From an uncultured Enterobacterales bacterium (GTDB lineage: Bacteria; Myxococcota_A; UBA796; CAJQPC01), in NCBI GenBank assembly GCA_964519895.1, contig CAZFLE010000004.1, positions 301 through 64,300 of the forward strand: a stretch of DNA of 64,000 bases, written 5' to 3'. Made by a program: the position numbers and the translations under genes. Shown here in pieces: positions 1-8,305 of the stretch. Positions within the stretch are counted from its first letter, which is position 1. Every line of letters starts with the position of its first letter. The notes below the pieces were generated by a model, which had not been told where the DNA came from, did no database searches, and saw nothing but the letters and a program-made list of their open reading frames with translations.

Positions 1-394
1 CGGTCCACGGCAGGGTGTTCCGCGTGGCCCCCAGGCCCACTGCCAGCAGCCCCGTCGCGATCGAACCCCGCACTGCCCAACGCCGGGCCAGGGCGCCGTC
101 ATCTCCCAGGCGACGCCCGGCCAGGCCGGTCGAGACCCAGCCCAGCCCCAAGCCGAGCACAGCCACGCCGCCACCGACCGCGCCGATACCCAGGTACTGC
201 AGCGAGGCGTTGCCGCTGTGCTGGGCCGCCTGCGTCACACCCCAGGTGAAGAAGCCCGCACCGACCGCCAAGGTGCCCACAGACGCCAGCTGAAAGGCCC
301 GAAGAGAGGGGTAGGGCACCGGCTCGGGGGGCGGGGCCTGGGTCAGCGGCTCGGCACCGAGCGCAAGTCCCGCACAGAGCCAGAGGGCGGTCAC
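1..394 (-). CDS. hypothetical integral membrane protein (partial, runs off window start)
   Basis: Not in the ORF track because there is no stop in the window. GTG at 394-392 forms a GTGA start/stop overlap with the stop of gene 391..2076. My hand translation (VTALWLCAGLALGAEPLTQAPPPEPVPYPSLRAFQLASVGTLAVGAGFFTWGV...GIGAVGGGVAVLGLGLGWVSTGLAG...) is stop-free to position 2 and is built of Gly/Ala/Leu-rich hydrophobic segments. Confidence 0.5.
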   Translation of the reverse strand, partial: MTALWLCAGLALGAEPLTQAPPPEPVPYPSLRAFQLASVGTLAVGAGFFTWGVTQAAQHSGNASLQYLGIGAVGGGVAVLGLGLGWVSTGLAGRRLGDDGALARRWAVRGSIATGLLAVGLGATRNTLPWT

Positions 395-2076
395 GGACCC
401 CCCCGGGTCACCGTGACGCGCTGCCGGGCGTCGACCCCCTCCAGGGTCTCCTCGGTGCCGTCCGGCCACGTGACCACCACCCGGTCGACAGCGTCCACGT
501 CGCCGAGCCCGAAGTGCACCTGGGGTGGGGCGCTCGACACGTACCCGATCGAGCCCGCCGTCACCCAGCGGACCCAGCTGCGATCCCCGGCCTCGACCCT
601 GACCTGGGCCCCGATGGCTCGTGGGTTCGGCACAGGCTGCGCCAGGCTCACCTCGAGCCACGCGGCGTCCCCACAGCGGGCGGTCCACAGCACCGCCTTG
701 CCGCCGACCGCCGACTTGAGCACGTCCAGCCAGCCGTCGCCGTTGTAGTCCCACACGACCACCGCGCGCGTGTCCCGCTTCTGGCGCAGACCCCAGCTCG
801 AGGCTTGGTCCACGAACACGTCGCCCTCGCGAAGCCACAGGCCATCGGGCTGATCTTCCGGATCGGTCCGCGCCGAGTCGTCGCGGTTCGACTTGGAGAA
901 CCCGACCACCGCGTCCAGGTCCCCATCGTTGTCCAGATCCGCCAGGGCATTGCCCCAGGCGACCTCCTGGTCCCGATCCCGGTCGGGCACGAGCTCACGC
1001 ACCTTCTCCGTGCGCGCCCACACGCCCGCTCCGACGCTCTCCAACAGCGCCAGCTCCCCCCACCCCGAGATCAGCAGATCCGGCAGGCCGTCGTCGTTGG
1101 TGTCGCCCAAGGCCACGCCCATGCCCTCGATGTTCACGTCCAGCCCCGCGTCGGGCGCCGCGGTCCAGGTGCCGGTCCCGTCGTTCAGCAGGAGCTTGCT
1201 GCCACTGTAGGACCCGTGGTGGTTCGTGATGTACAGGTCCACGTCACCGTCCAGATCCAGGTCGGCCAGGGTCGCGACCTGGACGTAGCCGTCCTTGTGC
1301 TCGGCCTCGAGACGATCGCTGACGTCGACGAAGGTGCCGTCGCCCTGGTTCAGGTAGAGCGCGTTGTCCTGGCCGGGATCCGGGGGCTGCTCCCCCACGC
1401 TGTCGTGGCCCAGGAACAGATCCAGGTCCCCGTCGCCGTCCAGGTCGCCCATGGGAAGGCCGTCGGCGTCCAGCAGCGCCGCGGACAGGCCCGACAGCTC
1501 ACTCGCGTCGACGAAGACCCCGGCGTCGTTGCGCCAGACCAGGGTGCCCACTGCAGCGGTGCCGATGACCAGGTCGGGGTCTCCGTCCGCGTCCACGTCG
1601 GCCGCCGTGATGCCCCGGGCCCGCCAGTTGGGGTTGTCCTCGGGCAGCGTGAGCGCCGGCAGCGGCTGGGTGTCCAGCACCAGCTCCCCGGCTTCCGTGC
1701 CCCGGAACCACAGGCCCGCGCTCACGTGGCCCAAGAAGATGTCCCAGTGGCCATCGCCGTCGAAGTCCTCCACCGCCAGGGTCGTGCCGAAGTTGAACGA
1801 CTCGCCCGGTGAGGGGACCTGGTCATCCCAAGCCTGGCCGTGATCCAGCAGCACCATCGGACCCTCGCTGTCCCGCAGCTCGGGCTCGGCACAGGTCACC
1901 ACACCGTGCTGGGTGAGGGTGGTGGACGACCCGCCCGAGTCTCCGGTGTGTGCGCCGCTGTCGACCGTGGGAGCGGTGTCCGTCAGGGGTGTGCTCTCGC
2001 CCACGGCGCTGTCGGTGGCTGAGGTGCCGGAGTCCGGCTCGCTGCCCACGCAGGCGATGATCCACAGACCGAACAT
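391..2076 (-). CDS. FG-GAP/VCBS-repeat lipoprotein with C-terminal ASPIC/UnbV domain (CRTAC1-like)
   Basis: 561-aa track ORF. The N-terminus MFGLWIIAC carries a lipobox. There are many Ca-loop repeats (FDGDGHWDIF, DADGDPDLVIG, DLDGDGDLDLFLG, DLDLDGDVDLYI, DTNDDGLPDLLI, DLDNDGDLDAVVG, DYNGDGWLDVL). The C-terminus ...GAQVRVEAGDRSWVRWVTAGSIGYVSSAPPQVHFGLGDVDAVDRVVVTWPDG is typical of ASPIC/UnbV. Confidence 0.85.
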   Translation of the reverse strand: MFGLWIIACVGSEPDSGTSATDSAVGESTPLTDTAPTVDSGAHTGDSGGSSTTLTQHGVVTCAEPELRDSEGPMVLLDHGQAWDDQVPSPGESFNFGTTLAVEDFDGDGHWDIFLGHVSAGLWFRGTEAGELVLDTQPLPALTLPEDNPNWRARGITAADVDADGDPDLVIGTAAVGTLVWRNDAGVFVDASELSGLSAALLDADGLPMGDLDGDGDLDLFLGHDSVGEQPPDPGQDNALYLNQGDGTFVDVSDRLEAEHKDGYVQVATLADLDLDGDVDLYITNHHGSYSGSKLLLNDGTGTWTAAPDAGLDVNIEGMGVALGDTNDDGLPDLLISGWGELALLESVGAGVWARTEKVRELVPDRDRDQEVAWGNALADLDNDGDLDAVVGFSKSNRDDSARTDPEDQPDGLWLREGDVFVDQASSWGLRQKRDTRAVVVWDYNGDGWLDVLKSAVGGKAVLWTARCGDAAWLEVSLAQPVPNPRAIGAQVRVEAGDRSWVRWVTAGSIGYVSSAPPQVHFGLGDVDAVDRVVVTWPDGTEETLEGVDARQRVTVTRGGP

Positions 2077-2086
2077 GGAGAGCAGC

Positions 2087-2875
2087 TTACGGCGCTTCCC
2101 CGTCGTCTGCAGGGGCGTCTGCCGGCTCCTCGGCCGCCGCGTCGTCGTCGGCGCTGTGGAACGTCAGGGTGTCCTTGGGGTTGCGGTTCTTGCGCTCGAC
2201 CTTGTCGTCGATGCCCCCTTCGCCGCCGGACTCGGCTTCGTCCGGAGCGGCTCCCGTGGCGGCGTCGGTCTTGCCCTCGCCCTCGGCCCCGCTCTTGTTC
2301 TTGCCGCCCTTGCCCTTGCCACCCTTGCCCTTCTTGCCCTTGCCCTTCTTGCCCTTCTTGCCCTTCTTGCCCTTGCCCTTCTTGCCTTTCTCCCCGACGC
2401 CAGCGGGTCGGAACGCCGCCTCGAGCCCGCTCAGTAGTCCATCGCCGTCCACATCCAGCTTGGCGAACTGGTCCGGCGAGCCCGGGTACTCCTGGTCATT
2501 CAGACGCTTGTCGTCGTCTTTGTCGTGCTTCTTGACGAACCCCCGGCCCGGCTTCCTGGCCTGCTTGCCGTCGGCCGACTTGGCGGTCTTGGACCGGCCC
2601 AGGTCCCGGATCTGGATCGCCCCGTCGCCGTCGCCGTCCAGGACCTTGAAGCGGTCGGCACTGCCCGGGAATTCGGTCTCGGAGATCTCGTCGTCGCCGT
2701 CGGTGTCGTAGGCCGCCATGATCGCAGTCGGGAGTGCGCCCCGTGCCGCCCCCTTGCGCAGGATGTCGACGGCGTCCTTGTCGCCGTCGGAGCCGCTGCC
2801 ATAGACCAGCGCGCCGACCAGCGCGACCAACGCGACCAGGGCGATGACCGCGCCCTTCAGCCTCTCTGGACTCAT
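2087..2875 (-). CDS. membrane-anchored EF-hand calcium-binding protein with Gly/Lys-rich tract
   Basis: Start set at the internal ATG 2875 of the 1092-aa track ORF; the upstream ~830 codons are antisense junk over the + strand operon. MSPERLKGAVIALVALVALVGALV is an N-terminal anchor. Four EF-hand loops are present (DTDGDDEISETE, DGDGDGAIQIRD, DKDDDKRLNDQE, DVDGDGLLSGLE). These are followed by GKKGKGKKGKKGKKGKGKKGKGGKGKGGKNK and an acidic tail. Confidence 0.75.
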   Translation of the reverse strand: MSPERLKGAVIALVALVALVGALVYGSGSDGDKDAVDILRKGAARGALPTAIMAAYDTDGDDEISETEFPGSADRFKVLDGDGDGAIQIRDLGRSKTAKSADGKQARKPGRGFVKKHDKDDDKRLNDQEYPGSPDQFAKLDVDGDGLLSGLEAAFRPAGVGEKGKKGKGKKGKKGKKGKGKKGKGGKGKGGKNKSGAEGEGKTDAATGAAPDEAESGGEGGIDDKVERKNRNPKDTLTFHSADDDAAAEEPADAPADDGEAP

Positions 2876-2941
2876 CTGCCCTCCGGGGCCGCATGATAGG
2901 ACAGCCTGCGCCGCCAGCAGGCCCCACGGAGGCGACCCCGG

Positions 2942-4249
2942 GTGCTCGACGGCCTGACCGCCACCCTGATCCACGTCCTGGCCGAGACCTGGCGGGCTGA
3001 TCTGGCGTTCCTGGCTGTCCTGGGCACGTGGACCCTGGCCACGTGGATGGCCTTCATGGAGGTGGCCCCCGCCTGGCGCAAGCCCCTGATGCTGGGCTCG
3101 AGCCTGCTGTTCATGGCGCTGATGCTGCCCGGCCCGCTGTGTGTCTTCCTGATCGCCTTTGCGGTGATCCTGCGCGAGGTCTGCGTGGGCGCCCTGCGAC
3201 ACGAGAAGTGGTGGCTGCCCGCGGCCATCGCACTTCTGGGGGCCATCTACGTCCCGGTCTGCTGGCGGGGCACGTTCCTGGAGTACAGCGACGGCCGCCT
3301 GGCCGAGGGCAGTCTGCTGCCCTACCTGCTGCTCTGGCTGACTTTTCGGAAGTGCGTCTACCTGGTCTACGAGGTGTACGCGGGCCGAATCCGCCAGGCC
3401 CCGCTCGCCGAGACCCTGCTGCACCTGTTCTTCCTGCCCTTTCTGGCGGGACGTTCGCCGGTGGTGTCCTGGACCAGCCTGTGGGATCACTGGGTGCCGG
3501 ACATGACGGCGGACAGCCTGCGCCACGGGGCGGTGACCCTGCTGCTGGCGATCTGTGCCCTCTTCGGGCGCACCGCCATCACGCTGCTTGCGGCTGCGCT
3601 GGCCATCGACCTGGGCTTCGGGCGGGACCTGGAGACCCGCTCGGCCCTGGCCATCTGGGCGACCCTGGACCTGGGGTACCTGCGCAAGTACCTGTACCGC
3701 TACGGGTTCGAGCAGAGCAGCATCGGCCTGTTGCGGCTGTTCGGCTTTCGGCTCCGAGACAACTACGAAGGCCCCCTCGCCGCCCACAGCTACGCCGACC
3801 TGTGGCGCCGCTGGAACCTGCACTTCCGAGGTCTGGTGGTGGGGCTCTTCTACTACCCGACCCTGCTCCGGCTCGGGCGCCGCTGGCGGGACCGCAAGCG
3901 CCACGCGGTCGCCGCAGCCGTGTTCGTGACCTTTGGTGGCCACCTGCTCCTGCTCTTCCAGTCGCTGTCCATGGCCCTGGACCCGGCCGACCCGACCGCG
4001 CGCCTGCAGACCTTTGCTTCCCTGGCCGTGTTCGATCTGCTCCAGGCCACCCTGGTCGTGCTCGCGCTCCTGGGCCCGCCCCTGCTGCCCCGCTGGCTCC
4101 ACGACCGGCCAGCCCTCAAGCGGGCCCTGGGCATCGTGACCACCTTCCACCTGCGGGCCCTGGTCTTCCTGTTCTTCCACAAGGGCACGGTGGTCTCGCC
4201 GGTGCGGGCGCTGGCCCTGCTCGCCCGCGCCTTCGGCCTTCGGCGGTAG
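2942..4249 (+). CDS. MBOAT-like membrane-bound O-acyltransferase family protein (divergent)
   Basis: 435-aa polytopic ORF with a GTG start (start uncertain). DNYEGPLAAHSYADLWRRWNLHFRGLVVGLFYYP matches the MBOAT signature (NF..P..A.S..FWRRWHISL...Y.Y.P of AlgI/DltB). The invariant His of WRRWH is Asn here (WRRWNLH). Confidence 0.6.
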   Translation: MLDGLTATLIHVLAETWRADLAFLAVLGTWTLATWMAFMEVAPAWRKPLMLGSSLLFMALMLPGPLCVFLIAFAVILREVCVGALRHEKWWLPAAIALLGAIYVPVCWRGTFLEYSDGRLAEGSLLPYLLLWLTFRKCVYLVYEVYAGRIRQAPLAETLLHLFFLPFLAGRSPVVSWTSLWDHWVPDMTADSLRHGAVTLLLAICALFGRTAITLLAAALAIDLGFGRDLETRSALAIWATLDLGYLRKYLYRYGFEQSSIGLLRLFGFRLRDNYEGPLAAHSYADLWRRWNLHFRGLVVGLFYYPTLLRLGRRWRDRKRHAVAAAVFVTFGGHLLLLFQSLSMALDPADPTARLQTFASLAVFDLLQATLVVLALLGPPLLPRWLHDRPALKRALGIVTTFHLRALVFLFFHKGTVVSPVRALALLARAFGLRR

Positions 4250-4258
4250 CATCCCCCG

Positions 4259-4726
4259 ATGGCCCCCGAGAGCCAGCGCAGCCGAGAGGAGCTGGGGATC
4301 GCGGTCCTGCTGTGCGTGGCCGGCCTGCTCACGCTGCCGCTGGCCTGGCGACACGTCCAGCTCCGGGACGCCCAGGCGATCCATGAGCTGGCCCTGTCCC
4401 AGCACAGGGCTCACATCGATGCCCCAGAGCCCGGGCGCCCCTCGGTCGAGACACCCGCCGGCCACCTGCCCCTGCGCGGCATGGCCGGCTTCGGCGGCGA
4501 CGACGCCGACGCCTGCCTGCGCCTGCAGGGTTTCTTGATCGCAGCCCTGCGGGAGCTCCACCGCGGCGGGCACGACCTGCCCTATCGACCCCACCAGGTG
4601 CCCACGCGCATCCAAGGCACCCGGTGTGCGGTCGACGACCCGGCCCTGGGTCCGGTGCTGGCGGACCTGGACCAGGCCTGGCGAGCCGCTGGACTGGCCC
4701 CAACAGGCCCTCTGGGGCAGCCCTGA
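4259..4726 (+). CDS. hypothetical protein with N-terminal TM helix
   Basis: 155-aa track ORF starting 9 nt after the MBOAT-like stop. It has a TM segment LGIAVLLCVAGLLTLPLAW. No family recognised. Confidence 0.5.
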   Translation: MAPESQRSREELGIAVLLCVAGLLTLPLAWRHVQLRDAQAIHELALSQHRAHIDAPEPGRPSVETPAGHLPLRGMAGFGGDDADACLRLQGFLIAALRELHRGGHDLPYRPHQVPTRIQGTRCAVDDPALGPVLADLDQAWRAAGLAPTGPLGQP

Positions 4727-5146
4727 GTGCCGGCCCACACCGTCACCATCCAGGTCCAGGCCCCCAAGGCGCTCCAGGTCCGCACCCTGTCCGCCCGGGT
4801 GCACGCCATCGACCTCGACGTGGACCTGCAGCTCCAGGCCGTGCGGCTCGAGGACAGCCGCGTCTGGACCGGCACCACCAGCTTCCCCGACGCGCCGCGG
4901 CTCATGCGGGTCCGGCTGTTCTGTGGCGACAGCTACACCGAAGAGGTCTGCTTCGACGGGATCCGCTTCCCCGATGCCATGGACCACTCGTCCCTGGTGG
5001 TGCAGCTGGTCGCCCGGCCCAACGGCGTCTGGGGTCGGCTGGAGGACCCGGGGGTCCAGGTCCCCCTGAGCCTGCAATTCGGGGCAGGTCTGGCGATCCT
5101 GTGGCTGGCGGGCTGGCTCTACCTGCGGCGGCTCCGCGATGGCTGA
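4727..5146 (+). CDS. hypothetical tail-anchored membrane protein
   Basis: GTG at 4727 directly abuts the preceding TGA (4724-4726). 139 aa with no N-terminal signal peptide. The C-terminus is ...VQVPLSLQFGAGLAILWLAGWLYLRRLRDG (TM helix plus Arg cluster). Confidence 0.5.
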   Translation: MPAHTVTIQVQAPKALQVRTLSARVHAIDLDVDLQLQAVRLEDSRVWTGTTSFPDAPRLMRVRLFCGDSYTEEVCFDGIRFPDAMDHSSLVVQLVARPNGVWGRLEDPGVQVPLSLQFGAGLAILWLAGWLYLRRLRDG

Positions 5147-5540
5147 GACCAGCCACCGCGAGGTCCTGCTGGTCGTGGAATCCGCTGGGGCTCCCCAGGT
5201 CGTGCTGCACGTGCCGGGGCAGGACCAGACGCTGTCGGTCGACCTGAACCCGGTGACGAAGTTCCGGCACCACCGGGGGGCCGAGGTGCTCGTGGCCGAC
5301 GTGCCAGCGCCGCCCGGGGCCTGGATCGAGGTGGACACCACGCCGTTCGTCCTGCACCCGCACACCGAGGTGCTGGAGATCGCCTACACGGCCCACGGGT
5401 GGGCCCAGGGCTCTGTGGCCGCCGACGCCACGCCGCTGAACCGCGCCGACGACACGGTGTGGCAGGTGCCGCTGCTTGGGTGGCTGAGCTGGGGGCTGCT
5501 GGCCGTGGGGTTCCTGTTGCTCGCCCGGAGGGCCCGTTGA
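5139..5540 (+). CDS. hypothetical tail-anchored membrane protein (same layout as previous gene)
   Basis: ATG 5139 overlaps the preceding stop by 8 nt. 133 aa with no signal peptide. The C-terminus is ...VWQVPLLGWLSWGLLAVGFLLLARRAR. Confidence 0.5.
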   Translation: MAETSHREVLLVVESAGAPQVVLHVPGQDQTLSVDLNPVTKFRHHRGAEVLVADVPAPPGAWIEVDTTPFVLHPHTEVLEIAYTAHGWAQGSVAADATPLNRADDTVWQVPLLGWLSWGLLAVGFLLLARRAR

Positions 5541-5563
5541 GCCGGCGCACCCGCTCGCTCAGG

Positions 5564-7318
5564 ATGCTGGGCCTGTGCGCGGCCCTGACCGTCGTCGGGA
5601 CCTGGCCCCTGGCCTGGCCCGACGGGGCCCTGGTCCAGCGCAACGCCGACGCCTACGGCAGCGCGTGGTTGATCTGGTCGGCCGGCACCCAGGACGTCGC
5701 CGCGACCCTGGAGTGGGCCGACACCCTGCTCTACGGGCTGCTCGCACCCCTGGTGGCACCGCTCGGCGCGGCGACCGGGTACCACGTGCTCACGCTGTTG
5801 GGCGTGTTCCTGTCCGTGGCGGTCACCGAGCGCGTCGCCCACCAGATCTTCGAGGTCCGAAGGCCCGCGTCCCTCATCGCGGCCATCGCCTATGGCCTGT
5901 CCCCCCTCTCAGGCACCGGGCTGGCCGAGGGCCACGGCGGCCTGCTGTTCGGGCCGGGCCTGCCCCTGCTGTTCGGCGCCCTGGAGCGACGCCCGGGGTC
6001 CCGGCCGTGGCAGTGGGCGGGCTGGGTCACGGCCGCCGGCTGCCTGTGCGCTCTGCAGTCCGGGTACTTCGCCGTCATGGCGGGGCTGACGGTGGGGGTC
6101 TACGGCGGCGCCCGGCGACGGCCTCTGTGGCGCATCGTGCCGATCGCGCTGGGCCCGGCCCTGGTGTATTGGGTCGTCGTGTTCGGGGGACTGGACCCCT
6201 CCTCTGCGGCGGACCGGGTCAGCGGGCTGGTCTCGACCTTCAGCGCCCTGGACACCCTGGCCGGCGTGCCCCCGGGCTTCGACCTGGCCTGGTACCACAT
6301 CCGACACCCCCTGCTGTGGACCCTGCTGGCCTTTGGCGCCGCCTTGCCCCTCGCCCGCCGGGAGGGCCCGGACACCGCGCTCGTGCTGGTCGGGGTCACC
6401 GCCGTGGTGCTGTCTCTGGGCGAGCGGGCCTATGTGACGACCTTTCCCGGAGAGTTCTCCGACCTGCGCACGGGCAGCGCCTGGGGCTGGATCCGCCACT
6501 GGGCCTCTCCGTTGAAGCTCTTCCGCTTCCCGACCCGCTTCCTGTGGATCTGGTACCTGGCGGCCGGGCTGGGGGCCGCCCGGCTGGCGGCGTGGCTGCT
6601 GCCTGGCCGCGCCCACTGGCTGGTGGCCCTGGTGCTGGGGGAGACCCTGCTCGTGGGCATGCGCCCCCTCGAGCCCCGCCGCACCGTGGCGGCGATCCCC
6701 AGCGCCTACGACGCCCTCACGCCCCAGGACACGGTGCTGGACCTGTGGCCCTGGTACCCCAATTCGGTGTCGCTCCAGGTGCTCAACATCAGCTGCTACT
6801 ACCAGACCCGGCACCAGGCGCAGCTGCCCTTCTCCTGTCTGACCGTCTCGACCCCCCAGAGTCCGCTGCGCACCCAGGTCGACGGCGTGGTCGCGGCCCT
6901 GCTCGCCAACGCACCGGACCGGGCCCTGGAGGTGCTGGCCCAGGACGACATCACCCACGTGGCCTGGCACTCCGACGCCTTCGAGCAGGACGGACGCGAA
7001 GACGTGGGCCGGATCCTGGAGCACTGGTGGGGTCCGCCGGTGGCCCGCTCCCGCGACGGCGGCGAGACCATCGTGCTCTACCGGGCGGGACCGGCCGAGC
7101 CGGCGCCAGAGCGGCCCAGCGTGACGGCGTCGCCGGATGCCGCGGTCCTGGACGACAACTGTCCGTCCTATGCGATGTGTCGGGTGCGCCCCGGGGGATC
7201 GGCCGAGCCGGGGGACCCGCTGCCGCTCTGGGTCCTCCCCGTGACGGCCGCTGGCGGCCTGATCCTGCTGCCACTGGCGGCCCGCCGGCGCCGGAGCCCG
7301 GCATCGGATCCGCAGTAG
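5564..7318 (+). CDS. large polytopic membrane protein (GT-C/ArnT/YfhO-like layout; function unknown)
   Basis: Track ORF 5399..7318, with the start set at ATG 5564 (MLGLCAALTVVGTWPLAW). An in-frame TTG at 5537 making a TTGA overlap with the previous stop is an alternative. The first ~400 aa contain many hydrophobic helices, followed by a soluble region. The terminal segment is ...DPLPLWVLPVTAAGGLILLPLAARRRRS. Confidence 0.6.
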   Translation: MLGLCAALTVVGTWPLAWPDGALVQRNADAYGSAWLIWSAGTQDVAATLEWADTLLYGLLAPLVAPLGAATGYHVLTLLGVFLSVAVTERVAHQIFEVRRPASLIAAIAYGLSPLSGTGLAEGHGGLLFGPGLPLLFGALERRPGSRPWQWAGWVTAAGCLCALQSGYFAVMAGLTVGVYGGARRRPLWRIVPIALGPALVYWVVVFGGLDPSSAADRVSGLVSTFSALDTLAGVPPGFDLAWYHIRHPLLWTLLAFGAALPLARREGPDTALVLVGVTAVVLSLGERAYVTTFPGEFSDLRTGSAWGWIRHWASPLKLFRFPTRFLWIWYLAAGLGAARLAAWLLPGRAHWLVALVLGETLLVGMRPLEPRRTVAAIPSAYDALTPQDTVLDLWPWYPNSVSLQVLNISCYYQTRHQAQLPFSCLTVSTPQSPLRTQVDGVVAALLANAPDRALEVLAQDDITHVAWHSDAFEQDGREDVGRILEHWWGPPVARSRDGGETIVLYRAGPAEPAPERPSVTASPDAAVLDDNCPSYAMCRVRPGGSAEPGDPLPLWVLPVTAAGGLILLPLAARRRRSPASDPQ

Positions 7319-7326
7319 GCTGACCC

Positions 7327-8298
7327 ATGGGCGCAGCGCGCGTGGTGGCGATCGGCGATCTCAACGCCAGCTGGTCGGCCTGGACCACCATCACCCAGGG
7401 GCTCGGCCTGATCACGGAGTCGGGCGGGTGGAGCGGGGCCGACACGCACCTGATCCAGCTGGGGGACGTGTTCAACCGCGGGCCGGGTGCCCGGCGCTAC
7501 TTCCAGGAGCTGCCCGAGCTTCAGCGCCAAGCCGCCCAGGCCGGGGGCCGGATCACCCAGTTGCTCGGCAACCACGAGGTCCTGACCGTCCTGGGGGTCG
7601 AGGCCTGGTGCACCGCCGACGAGTACCTGGCCTGGGCGACCGAAGAAGAGCGGGCGGCGTGGCCTGGCCGGGTCGCCGAGCGGAACAGCTACCTGTTGGC
7701 GGTGCCGCCCCCGGGGATCGTCCTGCCCCTGGCGCCCCAGCTCGAGGCCTGGAAGGCACTCAACGCCCCCGGGCGCGCAGCCATGCGGGCCGACCTGGGC
7801 CCGGAGGGGCAGGTGGGTGCGCTGGTGCGGTCGCTGCCCCTGGCCGTGGTCGATCAGGGCTGCTTGTTCACCCATGCTCCGCTGACCCCCCGCTGGGCCC
7901 GGCTGGGGCTCGATGGCCTGAACGAGCGGGTCGCTCGCGCCTGGCAGGAGGCCGCGCCCTTCTACCGCGCCCTGCCGCGCAAGGGGCTGTTCCGCGCGAC
8001 CCAAGGGCCCCTCTGGAACCGGCAGCTGGCTGTGAAGGAGACCACCCGCGAGCGCCGGCAGGTCGCGCGGACCCTGGCGCTCCTGGGTGTGGACCGCATG
8101 GTCACCGGCCACACCCAGACCGAGAGCCTGCCCGGGGGCTCCCCAGGCGAGATCCTGGGACGCCACCAGGACCGGCTCTGGTGCATCGACGTGAGCCTGG
8201 GCGCGGCCCGACCCGCCGCCCTGGTGATCGACGACAGCGGCGGCTGGCAGTGGTCGCCGGACGGCCGCTGGGACCTGTGGGCCGCGGACGGACCCTGA
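7327..8298 (+). CDS. calcineurin-like metallophosphoesterase
   Basis: 323 aa. Motifs seen: VVAIGDLNAS, QLGDVFNRG, LLGNHEV, VTGHTQ. Motif I has Asn where the D-x-H histidine is usual. The gene starts 8 nt after the previous one. Confidence 0.75.
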   Translation: MGAARVVAIGDLNASWSAWTTITQGLGLITESGGWSGADTHLIQLGDVFNRGPGARRYFQELPELQRQAAQAGGRITQLLGNHEVLTVLGVEAWCTADEYLAWATEEERAAWPGRVAERNSYLLAVPPPGIVLPLAPQLEAWKALNAPGRAAMRADLGPEGQVGALVRSLPLAVVDQGCLFTHAPLTPRWARLGLDGLNERVARAWQEAAPFYRALPRKGLFRATQGPLWNRQLAVKETTRERRQVARTLALLGVDRMVTGHTQTESLPGGSPGEILGRHQDRLWCIDVSLGAARPAALVIDDSGGWQWSPDGRWDLWAADGP

Positions 8299-8305
8299 GC
8301 TCCGA

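Noticed and set aside
2087-5365. 1092-aa minus-strand ORF in the track
   Set aside because: Only the last 262 codons (from ATG 2875) look like a real protein, with EF-hands and an N-terminal anchor. The upstream ~830 codons are Arg/Gly/Pro/Gln-rich low-information sequence lying antisense to the well-supported + strand MBOAT-like operon. This is a typical high-GC shadow ORF.
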